DNA of 64,000 nt from a virus. Every line of letters starts with the position of its first letter. Position 1 is the first letter of the stretch. The stretch is taken from the IMG/VR virus record IMGVR_UViG_3300025450_000016. One strand, written 5' to 3'. Of this stretch, positions 29,801 through 38,735 are shown piece after piece. The notes under the pieces were generated by a model. The model did not search any database and had not been told where the DNA came from. It saw only the letters and a program-made list of their open reading frames with translations. Position numbers and translations under genes: made by a program.

Positions 29801-32800
29801 TTGTATCGTATCCGGTTACGCTATAGCCTGCCTGAACATTTTCCACGATCACTGCGCTGTATGAAATGGATTTAACCGGAACCGATTTGTTTAGATACAA
29901 ATTGTAGTTTGCATCTGGAATAATTACGCTGGCATTTGTTGAACCCGGACTTGTTTGTTCCGCACTCACCGTCAAAATCTTTTTATCAGTGAACCCACCA
30001 ACTTTGTAAGACAGTTGCATATTCAAATGCATAAAATACTGATTGAACTTTGCTACTGGATCAATGCCAAGATTTTTAACGCTGTCAAAAATCCAATTGA
30101 TATAGCCGCTGGTACGTAACACAGTACCCGATGTGCTGTCGCCATTGACAGCCAACAATGTTGGAGTCAATTTTTGATTGTCGCTGTTGCTGAATTGTCC
30201 AGTTACTGAATTTCTATAGAAACGACTGGTGTCAATTTGTGTGCTGAAATATTTTGCTGGTCTAGTCAATGCCATAGCCAATTGCAATGCATAAGCATAG
30301 TCACTGCTTCTGCGCCAAGCTGTTTCTACTGGGCCTTGCTGACCCACGCTGAAACTGCCAGATATAGTTCTTTGATTGAGCCCTGCCATCAACGGAATCT
30401 CTGATGGTGATTTTAGATCGCCAATTTCGTTCACTGGAATAATTGATGTCAAGCCAGGTCTAGCAAATCTTGTATCGTAGTAGGGATTGCCTGCGTTCCA
30501 AATGTAGCCAGCTTCAAGATCTTGCCACAGAGTCAAGTTGTTTCCGGTGTACGGTGCTGGACCATAACGATCTGTCCACCAATTTGGTTGGCGACTGAAG
30601 CCCAACATTTCCCACGGATGCAGGTGCGGACTATCTGTGTCAAACCAGTAGTTGTAAATTGCTCGCCAAGTTCCTTGTAAAGGAAGTCCTGTCAGGCTGT
30701 CAGCCAGACCGCCATAGTTCCAGGTCCAGCTGTTGTTGGCGTCATACCAAGTGTTTGATGTGTAGTCAATTTTGTAATTGCCGACCCACTGTAAAAAGTT
30801 TTGGTTTAGAATTTGATTGAATTCTTCTTTGCTGTAGTCAGTATTTCTGAAATATCCGGGAATTGTATCGTAAAGGTTAATTTCATTGGTTGCGTAACTG
30901 GCTTTGATATTGTTAAAAATTCTTCGCTCAAGTTCTAGCAAAAAGTCGTCGCGGAAATCACCAAACGCCGGAGTTAAACTTCCGTCGTGTCCTCTAATAA
31001 CACGCACAGGAGTTTGATATGTGCTGTCAAGATAAATCTCTGGTTCAAACTTTGGGTGCAGTCCCAATTTGGTTGGTGTTTCCGGCACATAACAACCATC
31101 GGTATTAAAATAGTCTCTGATGGTCAGTGTGTCACCAAATGTCAATGAAACCATGATTTCAACTGCTGGACTCACTGTGCTGAATTGGTAGTCGCGTCCC
31201 ATTACCAATTGTTTATTGTTTAAATAGACCAATACTGCACGATTGCTCAATTTGGTTGTGTCAAAGAAACTGCTGATTTCGTAACTGGTTTGACGTGCAT
31301 TTAAAATAGAGTACACCGTGGTGTTGTAATTGCCACCTTGTGGTACCATATCACTGAAGTACCAAGGGAATGTGTTGTTTTTGACCAAATTGATACTTTG
31401 TAATATGGCATCAACACCGGTCACGGGATTTTTATAATCAATACCATTCAACGTGGTGCACAGGCCCAAAAATTTATTTTTAAAGCGTGTGTATTCTTTT
31501 CTTGCTGCCGTAATGCTGTCAACAAAATTGGCCGACGGATCGTTTAAAAAACTCATTGCATAAGTCAATGGCGCACTATGTTGTACCAGTGTGCCACCTT
31601 GCGCTTTTAAATATCTGTCTTGCGAAGGTGTTGATTCAGTTGCCCCAGTAACAGTATTTTCAATCAGTTTGTTATAGTGTGCTCGTAATTGGCCAAGCGT
31701 GATTGTTGTGAAATTTTCATTCAGTGGGTTTAGGTCCAAGTTCTGAGGAACTTCGTAGTAGCCTATACTGCTTGGTTCGTTGCTAAACACAGCAACGTCA
31801 ATTTTATCTCCAATGGCTGGCATCGATAAAAGATTAACAACATTGTATACACCATAGGTAGTTACCACATAGTCAACATCTCTGCGTAGCAATGTGTTGT
31901 TTAAAAAAACTTTGATGTATGGTACTGTGGCTTCGTTGTCGGGCGTCACATCAATTTGTACAAATGCTCTTTCTATACCTTGATCATCTGTTATCACGTA
32001 TCCTTCAAAGAATTTGGTAAACAGTTGATATTGTTGTGTTGGTTCAACACCTTTCACCCAGTTGTTTAATTTTGTTTGTGTGTCCAGTCCAGAATTTTTG
32101 ACCATATAGCCGCTGTTGCAGTTGTGTGTGGTCACGGTAGAATTTACTGTTGTGGTAAAAGTGTCTGTGTCGTAATAGTTTGAAAAAACAATATCGCCAA
32201 TGTTGTTGAAGTTTTGATATTGCAAGGCAAAACCCAATACTGCATCGGGTGTTCCTGTGCCGTGTTCGTAGCCAAACAACTGTGTACCAGCAAAGGTTGA
32301 CGCAGGATAAACGGTGGTATCTGCAAAGCTGTAGCCATCAGCATCTACCAGTTCAAACATTGGTGGCTGATTAAAATTGGTCTTGGCCTGACACAAATGC
32401 CATTGTGCGCCATCAAATCTATAGGTATTGCCGGTGTGTGTTCCTTGCGTGATCAACACGTTTTCGTATGCCAACACCGGGTCGTCGTTGGTTGGTATCA
32501 GTCTGATAAAGTTGGTGTGATTGATGGTTTCAAATAACACTTCCCAAATTTGGCCTTTGACTGTGTTATCATAGTCGTTGGCAAAAATAATACGCATACC
32601 AGGGTATACTGTGATTCCGTCCACTTGTGCAGTGATCTGGCCTTCAACTTGATTGAAAGCATCACTCTGTGCTTCGTTTGGATTTACACCAATGATTACG
32701 TCTACTGTTTGTTTGTGTTGGCGTCCGTAGTTGAACAACTGTAGGTTAGGTTCAAATTCAATAATAGGACGGCGGCCAAAAATATTTGGGCCGTAGTTGA

Positions 32801-34406
32801 TATCTGTTTGATTGTAACTGGCCGATGTGGCCAGTACATCTTTGTGGAACCAACGGTTACTGCGGCTCCAGGGATTGGCATCCTGGCTGGCACGATTGAT
32901 TGTAAAGTAATCGGGTGTAGTTGCTATATCTGCGCCAAATGCTTCGGGCACTATGCATTGCGACACTGGCACCAACACAATACCAGTTCCAACTCCTTCT
33001 ACATAATATTCACGGTTGGCATAATCAACCGGCACTACCATTGAATCAAAACGTATTTTTAATCCGTTGGTAAATGCAACGCCATTGGGACTGGTATATC
33101 CAACTCGTCCCAAGATATCATTTGCAATATCTATAGGAGTTCCGGCAGTATCAACCAATTTGATTTCGCCAATAAAGTCGGGATTGCTACTGTCTTGATA
33201 GTATAGATAATCCAAGTCGGCTGTAATCAATGGTACTCGATTGTACAAGTAGTTGTTGTCAACCCAGTAATAAAATGATGCGTAGGTTTTTCCTGACACA
33301 ATAAAAACTTTTTGTTGTTTATCTACAGTGGTCAAAGAAGAAATCTGTATTACTGAATCGGCACCGTTGTCAATGGGGGTCAGGCTAATTTGCCAAACAC
33401 CAGTACGCAGAGCAGGATCTACTATGGCTCCTGGTACAGAATATCCAGTGGCTTGTGCAGTATAGTCTGGCGGCAATAAGGGTGCAGTCCAGTTTTGATC
33501 GTCGATCTTGTTGTTAATAAACACCAGTGTTTTGCCGGCTTCAATTTTGACTCCGTCAATGCCTTCGGGGTATGTTCTTAAGAATTCGCTCAAGCGACGA
33601 TTTTGTATTTCAGTGTAATCAAATACCGCAGCTGCATCAACTTGAGAAGCTGTTCTCATCTGCAGGAAAAAATCCTGTGCTGTTTTTCGTGGCACGTTGA
33701 ATTTGACTGTGCCGGTATCGCTACCGTTGTTGACTACACCAAACACTTCTCTAGTGCTGATAGTTGGTACTGCTCGGTCGACACCGGTTAATCCGGGTTC
33801 GCTTTGTATCCAAAATTTAATGCCAGGTTGATTCAATTGAAATTCGTATGAACCACCGCGTGCCAAAATCAACTGCGGATTTTGATAAGTGCCAGCACCG
33901 CTAAATGTGTAACCGCCTACACCGGTATTTCTAGTCACAGCAAAGTTGCCGGCTAGCGGAACTTGATTGGAATAAATGTCCACAGCCGCAGGGCCATCAG
34001 GCAACCAATAATAATTTCCGTAATTTACAAATTTATCGTAATCAAATTTTCCGTCATAGTTGTAAATTTCTTCTGAGAACAAACGCTGATGGTTGTTTGC
34101 AAAACCGTTGTTGGTACTTACTGTGTTTAATAAGTCTATGTAGTCGGCAGTAAATAAAATATTTTTGTTGTTGTCATCTACTACAACTGTTGATTCCAGT
34201 TGATACTGCTTGCGTAATGCACTTGTTTCAGGAACATAGTTGTCACCCAGCTTGTAAGTGGGTGCAAAGGTTCTACCAATGTATCCGTTGAGTGGTCCAA
34301 TAACGCTGTCTTGTACCAACTGGTCCAGTGTTGCACCGGTAAAACGTTGGTTGGTTGTAGTTCTAAATACCTGAGGTAAAAAGTTTTGGGTATTGATCAA
34401 TGCCAT
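23814..34406 (-). CDS. giant baseplate wedge or structural protein (gp7-like position), 3530 aa
   Basis: Follows gp6. Contains DKFVNYGNYYW, YINEVKPYRT, GSGYT..PT repeats and carbohydrate-binding-like W....YxG..Y modules. Confidence 0.7.
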   Translation of the reverse strand: MALINTQNFLPQVFRTTTNQRFTGATLDQLVQDSVIGPLNGYIGRTFAPTYKLGDNYVPETSALRKQYQLESTVVVDDNNKNILFTADYIDLLNTVSTNNGFANNHQRLFSEEIYNYDGKFDYDKFVNYGNYYWLPDGPAAVDIYSNQVPLAGNFAVTRNTGVGGYTFSGAGTYQNPQLILARGGSYEFQLNQPGIKFWIQSEPGLTGVDRAVPTISTREVFGVVNNGSDTGTVKFNVPRKTAQDFFLQMRTASQVDAAAVFDYTEIQNRRLSEFLRTYPEGIDGVKIEAGKTLVFINNKIDDQNWTAPLLPPDYTAQATGYSVPGAIVDPALRTGVWQISLTPIDNGADSVIQISSLTTVDKQQKVFIVSGKTYASFYYWVDNNYLYNRVPLITADLDYLYYQDSSNPDFIGEIKLVDTAGTPIDIANDILGRVGYTSPNGVAFTNGLKIRFDSMVVPVDYANREYYVEGVGTGIVLVPVSQCIVPEAFGADIATTPDYFTINRASQDANPWSRSNRWFHKDVLATSASYNQTDINYGPNIFGRRPIIEFEPNLQLFNYGRQHKQTVDVIIGVNPNEAQSDAFNQVEGQITAQVDGITVYPGMRIIFANDYDNTVKGQIWEVLFETINHTNFIRLIPTNDDPVLAYENVLITQGTHTGNTYRFDGAQWHLCQAKTNFNQPPMFELVDADGYSFADTTVYPASTFAGTQLFGYEHGTGTPDAVLGFALQYQNFNNIGDIVFSNYYDTDTFTTTVNSTVTTHNCNSGYMVKNSGLDTQTKLNNWVKGVEPTQQYQLFTKFFEGYVITDDQGIERAFVQIDVTPDNEATVPYIKVFLNNTLLRRDVDYVVTTYGVYNVVNLLSMPAIGDKIDVAVFSNEPSSIGYYEVPQNLDLNPLNENFTTITLGQLRAHYNKLIENTVTGATESTPSQDRYLKAQGGTLVQHSAPLTYAMSFLNDPSANFVDSITAARKEYTRFKNKFLGLCTTLNGIDYKNPVTGVDAILQSINLVKNNTFPWYFSDMVPQGGNYNTTVYSILNARQTSYEISSFFDTTKLSNRAVLVYLNNKQLVMGRDYQFSTVSPAVEIMVSLTFGDTLTIRDYFNTDGCYVPETPTKLGLHPKFEPEIYLDSTYQTPVRVIRGHDGSLTPAFGDFRDDFLLELERRIFNNIKASYATNEINLYDTIPGYFRNTDYSKEEFNQILNQNFLQWVGNYKIDYTSNTWYDANNSWTWNYGGLADSLTGLPLQGTWRAIYNYWFDTDSPHLHPWEMLGFSRQPNWWTDRYGPAPYTGNNLTLWQDLEAGYIWNAGNPYYDTRFARPGLTSIIPVNEIGDLKSPSEIPLMAGLNQRTISGSFSVGQQGPVETAWRRSSDYAYALQLAMALTRPAKYFSTQIDTSRFYRNSVTGQFSNSDNQKLTPTLLAVNGDSTSGTVLRTSGYINWIFDSVKNLGIDPVAKFNQYFMHLNMQLSYKVGGFTDKKILTVSAEQTSPGSTNASVIIPDANYNLYLNKSVPVKSISYSAVIVENVQAGYSVTGYDTTNPYFTIIPSAVSRSVDVVTVNGLTVNLYQDSANETMTIPYGTVFVNEQQLADFLFSYQRYLTSQGFVFTDFDYDLSEVRDWKLSVKEFLYWAQQGWDIGTIILLNPAATSVTINSTQMVVDEITNLPNSSKLLDQNYKTIKSNDFNVLRKENFVNGNQTVVSTVNGTPMCYGKFNLIQYEHVLILDNVSDFGDIIYVPSLGSRQYRLRLTGSKTGAWTGALDAPGFVYSDFTVVTWEPGTDYKSGDIVTYSNQIYVTKTDLDASETFNPQQWTSISKSDIQTGLLPSFGQNAQEFERIYDIDRPPVSEDFQAFSAGLIGFRQRPYLTDLGISVQNQTKLYQGYIKQKGTINSVSALTKANFNNVGGSITTYEEWAFRVGQYGDLARNQYTEFILDQSVFKTNPVAFTLTTDSYSTGNIIVDLKLDANLKLSNVYNASNLSSVSTSLYNNRTGTAYPQDLPTAGYVNVNDVDATIFDITNTVTPAVTVGNYVWVAKDNNQQWNVFRINNTGLTATTLTYNLDNYAQLTFNSTHSFVVGDYILLNNFNIDLNPSSPTYNTSVFDGMYKVIQINNNNSVVIAITNVANLVALIPAPVQGNGAVYKFASVRVATPSGIASVTPPGGWITGDKVWVDNYNTGEWGVYQYDAVDNSWTVIRNQEPQVDINSINRTFLYNKVNNNILAAIDYVDPNKGKVLNFVARDIDYQRTQDPALYNAGNVTLNPGLTIHNDYHWGPAQVGKIWWNLDTVRYVDYEQDELIYRLNQWGNRFPGSSIDVYEWVESTVPPSQYSDVGTPLYSNDSAYSTYGYIDQSGSVQLKYYFWVSGRDVANTAAGKYNSVSSIVSAIENPLSQGIPYAAFLRNDTVALYNVNQYLVAKNTVLHLGSFSPDADLIHNEYALVQEGNADSVIPAAILAKFIDSLAGVDKFGNVVPDPALTPAQAYGINIRPRQTMFVDQPLALINYVTLVNTQLLTYPVTQRKVLTTLLSQEPVPTANSGAYDLTVDTVDELNYIDTTALTVGQSRVLVKSDSTNLGKWAVYTLSGCNGTVGIFTVSTVQTYKTDLYWTYADWYDSAYNPTTTPNYTVKNDIELGKLSLTAGQFVKVLDGGNGQFLVYQINSDLTKTLVGIQNGTLQITTGAIPSKELRQIISAMQKEIFIEDLALTYNQIFFSMVKYVLSEQKNLDWVFKTSFVSATQDIRKLETFPAYIKDNQDYYLEYINEVKPYRTILREFVINYKRNDPYAGDITDFDLPAYWDANLKTYRAPDGTQSTDVALLSSSTYQNWSNNYTYKIVDVSIENPGSGYTLPPQLIVTGGGGTGANLSASINSYGQINQIRVISPGSGYTSTPTIVVNGTGAGAIVNPILRNEYTGNNSGHNVVRSIKTNIKFDRTTYTNPNTFVFWSNISSNVSASLGQTIAANSVIVLDTHLFRLSNNYVITGNTVTNTVNFPSQIVKISAADFDNANDRIVAYNGNVDLSLISDGINYPGVIIEGNTYLGTTVDTIIQSQYSDNLGIDMANVYVDGGSYVNSYVSHAPEELIPGRMFDSFNLSVYQTDNIAWRYFDNMQSERSYYRIAAASTTALAQDLAMTDTTISVVDATRLPAPNQISSTPGIVFINGEKIAYWRNYALETPIPWQPNITVPAGSLISYVGNVYVATGNVYAIDFANVAPTQIEQVSINTLAQIRRGVDGTATANIHPAGSRVVDSSATQQIPNTAVTSTTLSQATTYQATDVVAYGITTTANISVNVGDIITSLTTVDLWQPGTTIKPGVLTYYNGNSYTVTGNVYGPGTKTWTANTAFPLHTYIFDSGGNTYITTGNVYSATFPTSNITPISSANIATSKFANVLAAGNVTYAFEGNTAVSVTLRALETVSNQRSFGAIITSGSIIGTQGRPEFFDTADGFDEDSFSNSTSKLQINRVEADSYIVSSYILGNVTVDGKITVPAGSTVSKSQIWYSPGPYGTATDGTGLYNSTTAQVAFLKNSPSVTAAGGKTP

Positions 34407-37400
34407 TATGCACCACCGCCTACTATCGAGTTAGAAAGATTTAAACTTGCTGCTGTAACAGCCGTGATAATATCAATTGTATCCACTGTGGCTGCGCTGG
34501 TAATAATTTCCCAAGGCTCTGCGTTGATTTGGAAATAGTTACCAAATACCAAATTGTTGTCGGCTGGCACAATCAATACGCTACTGATATTGGGCGCCAA
34601 GGTTGAATGCAGGTATGCAGCCAATTCTGAGAAATAAAATGTGTCACCAAAGTCCCAGTTTGCAATGTCAAAGTATGTGTTGATGGCCGCAACCACTTGA
34701 CTCTTGATTTCGTTGTCGGTCACGTTGACCGATGGATTTTTTACAATTTGAAATCTGGCTTGCAAGCTAGGATCTGCTTTGGCACCAAACAAGGGTTTGA
34801 ATTTGGCAGGATTGTAAACAATGCTGTCGCTCATTGCTTTGAATGAATCTAGGTTGTTGTAAGCCAATTCTAAACTGGTACTTGTTGGCAATTCTGGTTC
34901 AGAAACCACACCGGTCAAATCTCGCAACCAATTGATGTAACTCTTGGAATAGTCTGCTGTCAAGATATAAAGATCAATGATGTTGATTGGGGTTGGATCA
35001 ATTCTACTGCGACTTGGTGCGTTGTGCGTGTATTGGAAATACAGGCTGTCTCTAGTAGTGGCTGTGTTTGCCACTGTTTGGAACAGCTCAGGATTGCTGG
35101 GAACGTTTTCCATTTGTGTTTCAGGAATTTTTACATTGACCACAGAGTCGTTGACGTATCCGTCAACTTCAACCACAGAATCATAAATCTGCCAGATGTG
35201 ATCTCGTTCTAGCATACGATCAGAGTTGGGTTTAGTATTAATTTTCAATATTTTAATAGTGTCGTTGATGTTGGTACCAGTGGCACTACTGTAAACTTTT
35301 GACAAGGGATCGTAATAAAACTTGGTATGACCGGCGCTGGAGAACGAGTAAGTCAGTGTTTTATAACTCACGTTGTACAAGCCGTTTTGATATTCAAACT
35401 TTAACAGCCAATCTGAACTGTTGCCAATGTCGGCTGGTAAAATATTTTCCCAGGCCTGTGTCAATTGATTAAAACGTAAACCAAAGTTCACGTGTGCCTG
35501 AACCTGTGTAACCAATGTGGATACTAAACTGTTAGTAAAATCGTTTTTGTAAGCTGGAATTATTCCACCTTTGTCCAAGACTGCACCGGTTGGTACCACT
35601 GTGGCCAACTTGATCAAATTGGGGGTGTTTAAATCTGTACTGGCTACTACTGAGGAGACAGCAGCATACAAGTGTGTTGAATCAGTGGGCAATGCCACAT
35701 TTCCGGGTTGTAGTGTTTGAGCTGCGTCGAAGTGGTAATTGGATGGAGCGACAAATCGCAACAGCGCACCAGAATTCACATATTGCAAATTGCCTGTGGC
35801 TGATCCGCCCACAGCCTGCACGGTATTTGCCAATGTCAATGTACCTGAGCTGATTGCAGTACTGTTTGATGTTTGATGGAATGTCAATCCCGACACCGAT
35901 GTGATTGCCACGTTGGATACATTGGCCCAGGTATCGGCAAACACGTTGGCTGTAACTTGATAATTTTGTCCGTTGTATGACACCACAGTATTGCTGGTAA
36001 ACACAGTATTGGCTGTCCACTGCTGGCTGTCTACAGCGTCAATACGTGGGAAATTTTTGTAATAGTAATTACGCATTTCCGTACTGTTGATCATGGGAAT
36101 CACATCATTGTAAATGGTTGTGTAAATGTCGTTGCTGGTCAGGAAATCAAAGGTGTTTGATTGTGTTTTGGTGTTTGAAGAAATGATACCGTCATCACCA
36201 AAAATATTTGTGGTTGAATAACTGCCAGTTGGATCAATGGCATCCAAGTACAGGCTCACACCCGAACTGGTACGGTTAACTGCTTTGACTTTTTGTATGC
36301 CAGTAAAAGTGGTCAACGGAAATATGTTGTAATCCTCGCCAGTGATCATACGATTTTGTGTGTAATACTGTTGAGGTGCCAAGGCTTTGATGCTGGCCAG
36401 ACTTTGTGCCGCTGTGGCATTGGTCACTGTGTATTTCAAGCTGGCTGTGAATGTGATAGTTTCAATTGAGTTCTTGGCACTGATGTAAGGAAATGCCACT
36501 GTCACTAGAGCCATATCGTCCGGAGTTATACTGTAGGTGGAACCGTTGCACACGCGATAGAAAAATTTAAATAGGCCCTGCGGAATATTTGAGAAACTGC
36601 CGTCACCAAATACCAAGTTGACCTGATCGTTGTTGAGCGTGTTGATTTGATAAAGATTCTTGTCAACTTGTTGATTGTAAATCACGTTTACTCCGCCCAA
36701 AGCTGGAACTTGATCCCACAATTGGTTAGGCGATTGATCGGTATTTAGGCTATATAGCCAAGCATCGGTGTTGTTGACGTTGGTGCCAGGAATACTCACA
36801 TAGTTGTTGGGTATGCTGTTCTTGATATCAAATGTTGTGGCATTCAGTGTGCCCTGTTTGAAATACAAGAAAAATCCAGTGTTGACGCTGCCGTTGCCGT
36901 TGTTGTCGTTACGATACAGGATATTGAACTTGCCTACTGTGGTAGGGTCCGCTTCGTACACATAAGTTTTGCCCACTGTGGTTGCACTGACAGCTTCAAA
37001 GCTCAAAGTGTTGCCACGAACTGTGGTACTGAACTGTGCCACTGGCAAAGTATTTGTGTTGATGCCAATGGAATATTCTTGTGTTTCAATACCGTTGATT
37101 GTTTGTGTGTTGCCAGGTTTGCCAATCACTTGATTGGAAATCAATGCAGAATTCAGTACTGTGGTAAATTGTTCCAACCAGTTGTCGTTTGTGGTGTCGT
37201 TCCATAATATGGTGGCATTGGACAAGTCTTGTCCTGAGCTGTCGGTAATAGATTCTGTTGTGCTGACGCTTTCAATTTTTAACAGGCCATTTGAGCTGTT
37301 GGCACGTTTGGGATTGTAACTGAGCATACGAGCCAACTTCATGATGCTGTCTCGACGCTGTGCTGTGTCTATAAAATTTTCACGGGCATTTAGGTCAGTA

Positions 37401-37633
37401 CGGAAAGCTAAACTTTGACCCAAAAACGCAATCATATCTATCAATGCTAGATATTCTGAACTTTCTAGGAAATCGTTGAATGACTCGGGATAATAAACTT
37501 TGAGGTAGTTTATCATTGAGCTACGTAAGGTTTCAAAATCGTAGCTGGTAAAGTCTGCGTTGGTAAAAGTCTGATAAATCTTGGTCCAGTCTTGCTGAAC
37601 TAATAGATTTGTTTGACGTGTTGTTTGTGCCAT
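34406..37633 (-). CDS. gp6: baseplate wedge subunit gp6-like (probable start ATG 37633)
   Basis: DFETLR..YYPESFNDF.ESSE..LIDMIAF..ENFIDTA.RRDSI..LA.MLSYNP; FGDG; QNRMITGEDY. Confidence 0.85.
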   Translation of the reverse strand: MAQTTRQTNLLVQQDWTKIYQTFTNADFTSYDFETLRSSMINYLKVYYPESFNDFLESSEYLALIDMIAFLGQSLAFRTDLNARENFIDTAQRRDSIMKLARMLSYNPKRANSSNGLLKIESVSTTESITDSSGQDLSNATILWNDTTNDNWLEQFTTVLNSALISNQVIGKPGNTQTINGIETQEYSIGINTNTLPVAQFSTTVRGNTLSFEAVSATTVGKTYVYEADPTTVGKFNILYRNDNNGNGSVNTGFFLYFKQGTLNATTFDIKNSIPNNYVSIPGTNVNNTDAWLYSLNTDQSPNQLWDQVPALGGVNVIYNQQVDKNLYQINTLNNDQVNLVFGDGSFSNIPQGLFKFFYRVCNGSTYSITPDDMALVTVAFPYISAKNSIETITFTASLKYTVTNATAAQSLASIKALAPQQYYTQNRMITGEDYNIFPLTTFTGIQKVKAVNRTSSGVSLYLDAIDPTGSYSTTNIFGDDGIISSNTKTQSNTFDFLTSNDIYTTIYNDVIPMINSTEMRNYYYKNFPRIDAVDSQQWTANTVFTSNTVVSYNGQNYQVTANVFADTWANVSNVAITSVSGLTFHQTSNSTAISSGTLTLANTVQAVGGSATGNLQYVNSGALLRFVAPSNYHFDAAQTLQPGNVALPTDSTHLYAAVSSVVASTDLNTPNLIKLATVVPTGAVLDKGGIIPAYKNDFTNSLVSTLVTQVQAHVNFGLRFNQLTQAWENILPADIGNSSDWLLKFEYQNGLYNVSYKTLTYSFSSAGHTKFYYDPLSKVYSSATGTNINDTIKILKINTKPNSDRMLERDHIWQIYDSVVEVDGYVNDSVVNVKIPETQMENVPSNPELFQTVANTATTRDSLYFQYTHNAPSRSRIDPTPINIIDLYILTADYSKSYINWLRDLTGVVSEPELPTSTSLELAYNNLDSFKAMSDSIVYNPAKFKPLFGAKADPSLQARFQIVKNPSVNVTDNEIKSQVVAAINTYFDIANWDFGDTFYFSELAAYLHSTLAPNISSVLIVPADNNLVFGNYFQINAEPWEIITSAATVDTIDIITAVTAASLNLSNSIVGGGA

Positions 37634-37680
37634 ATTGTATCTTTGCCCTGTATTCAATATTTATCAGGGCAAATAATATG
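37631..37680 (-). promoter_or_regulatory. late promoter inside a hairpin that would sequester the gp6 translation start
   Basis: Minus strand CATATT-a-TTTGCCCTG [ATAAATAttgaata] CAGGGCAAA-gatac-AATATG; the 3' arm includes the gp6 ATG. Confidence 0.65.
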
Positions 37681-37685
37681 GTCAG

Positions 37686-38060
37686 TTAATTAGTGGTCAG
37701 GGTGTTTGAAGCGCGGTTAAAATTCAGGTTAATTACGTCGGTTTGATCTGTGGGTATATAGGCCAAGGTCAATTGTACCAAAAATCCATTTTCTTGCTGT
37801 GTCACAGCCACTTGCCCAATGGTCAATCTAGGATCGTACGTTACAATACGTTTGATATCGTCGGTGATCATCTGTTGTGTATCTTCAGTCAAGGGTTCAA
37901 ACAGCATATCCCAAATAATAGTGCCAAAATTTGGTTGCATTAGTTTTTCGCCCTTGCGTATGTTGAAATAGTTCAAGAGGTCTTGTTTGGCCAACTCGTA
38001 GTCGGTCAACGTGTATTTTTTGGGGCTATTTCTTGTGCTGAATCCGCGATATGTAATCAT
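37686..38060 (-). CDS. gp25: baseplate wedge protein gp25-like
   Basis: DLLNYFNIRKGEKLMQPNFGT.IWDMLFEP..YDPR. Confidence 0.9.
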   Translation of the reverse strand: MITYRGFSTRNSPKKYTLTDYELAKQDLLNYFNIRKGEKLMQPNFGTIIWDMLFEPLTEDTQQMITDDIKRIVTYDPRLTIGQVAVTQQENGFLVQLTLAYIPTDQTDVINLNFNRASNTLTTN

Positions 38061-38068
38061 AATAGTAT

Positions 38069-38734
38069 TTATTGACCTAAAACAGTAACAGCATAGCGGC
38101 CAGCATTGTAATAGATTTGCCCGGCTCCTATGTTGTGATATCTCCAGGCATAGGCACCGGTTCCGATCGGCAAAGTTGAGTGTGCGCTGGATCCTGCCCC
38201 TAACCCCCAGGCCACATATATCATTCCGGCTACAACATCAGCAGTATCTTGATCAGTTATGGCGTTGATCAAGCCCAATTGATAGTTCAAATCCAGCAAA
38301 CGTTGATAAGCCAAGTGCTCTTGTGCAGCTGGGCTAGTTAAAAATCCGTTCAAATTGGTAATGTTGTACAGATATGTTGCATAGGAATTGGTGGCATTTT
38401 TAACAGCAGTCTGACGCCAGCAGTTGCGGTAGTTTACACAACCTGACCCGTATGCTGTGTTGGATCCTGGTGCCAACAATCCGTACTGTTCCAGTATGGT
38501 TGTTTCAAATTGATATCGGCCCAACTCGTTGTCGTCACCAATCAAGGCGTAATTCCAAGCACTTTGATCGTACGCAATCTGTGCCAACAAATTGCGTATT
38601 TGTGCAGATGTCAATGCATTATTGCCGGTGGCCCAAGCCGGTGGGGCAATAGGTGCGTCGGCACGACCCAACCACGAATTTGGTAATGGGTTGGCTACTG
38701 CTACGCGACTGGCAGCTAAGATTCCAGCATCCAT
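38069..38734 (-). CDS. lysozyme-fold-like baseplate protein, possibly catalytically degenerate (probable start ATG 38734)
   Basis: IAYDQSAWNY..LGRYQF..FLTSPAAQE resembles the ES..NY..GxYQF muramidase pattern; directly downstream of gp5. Confidence 0.5.
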   Translation of the reverse strand: MDAGILAASRVAVANPLPNSWLGRADAPIAPPAWATGNNALTSAQIRNLLAQIAYDQSAWNYALIGDDNELGRYQFETTILEQYGLLAPGSNTAYGSGCVNYRNCWRQTAVKNATNSYATYLYNITNLNGFLTSPAAQEHLAYQRLLDLNYQLGLINAITDQDTADVVAGMIYVAWGLGAGSSAHSTLPIGTGAYAWRYHNIGAGQIYYNAGRYAVTVLGQ

Positions 38735-38735
38735 G

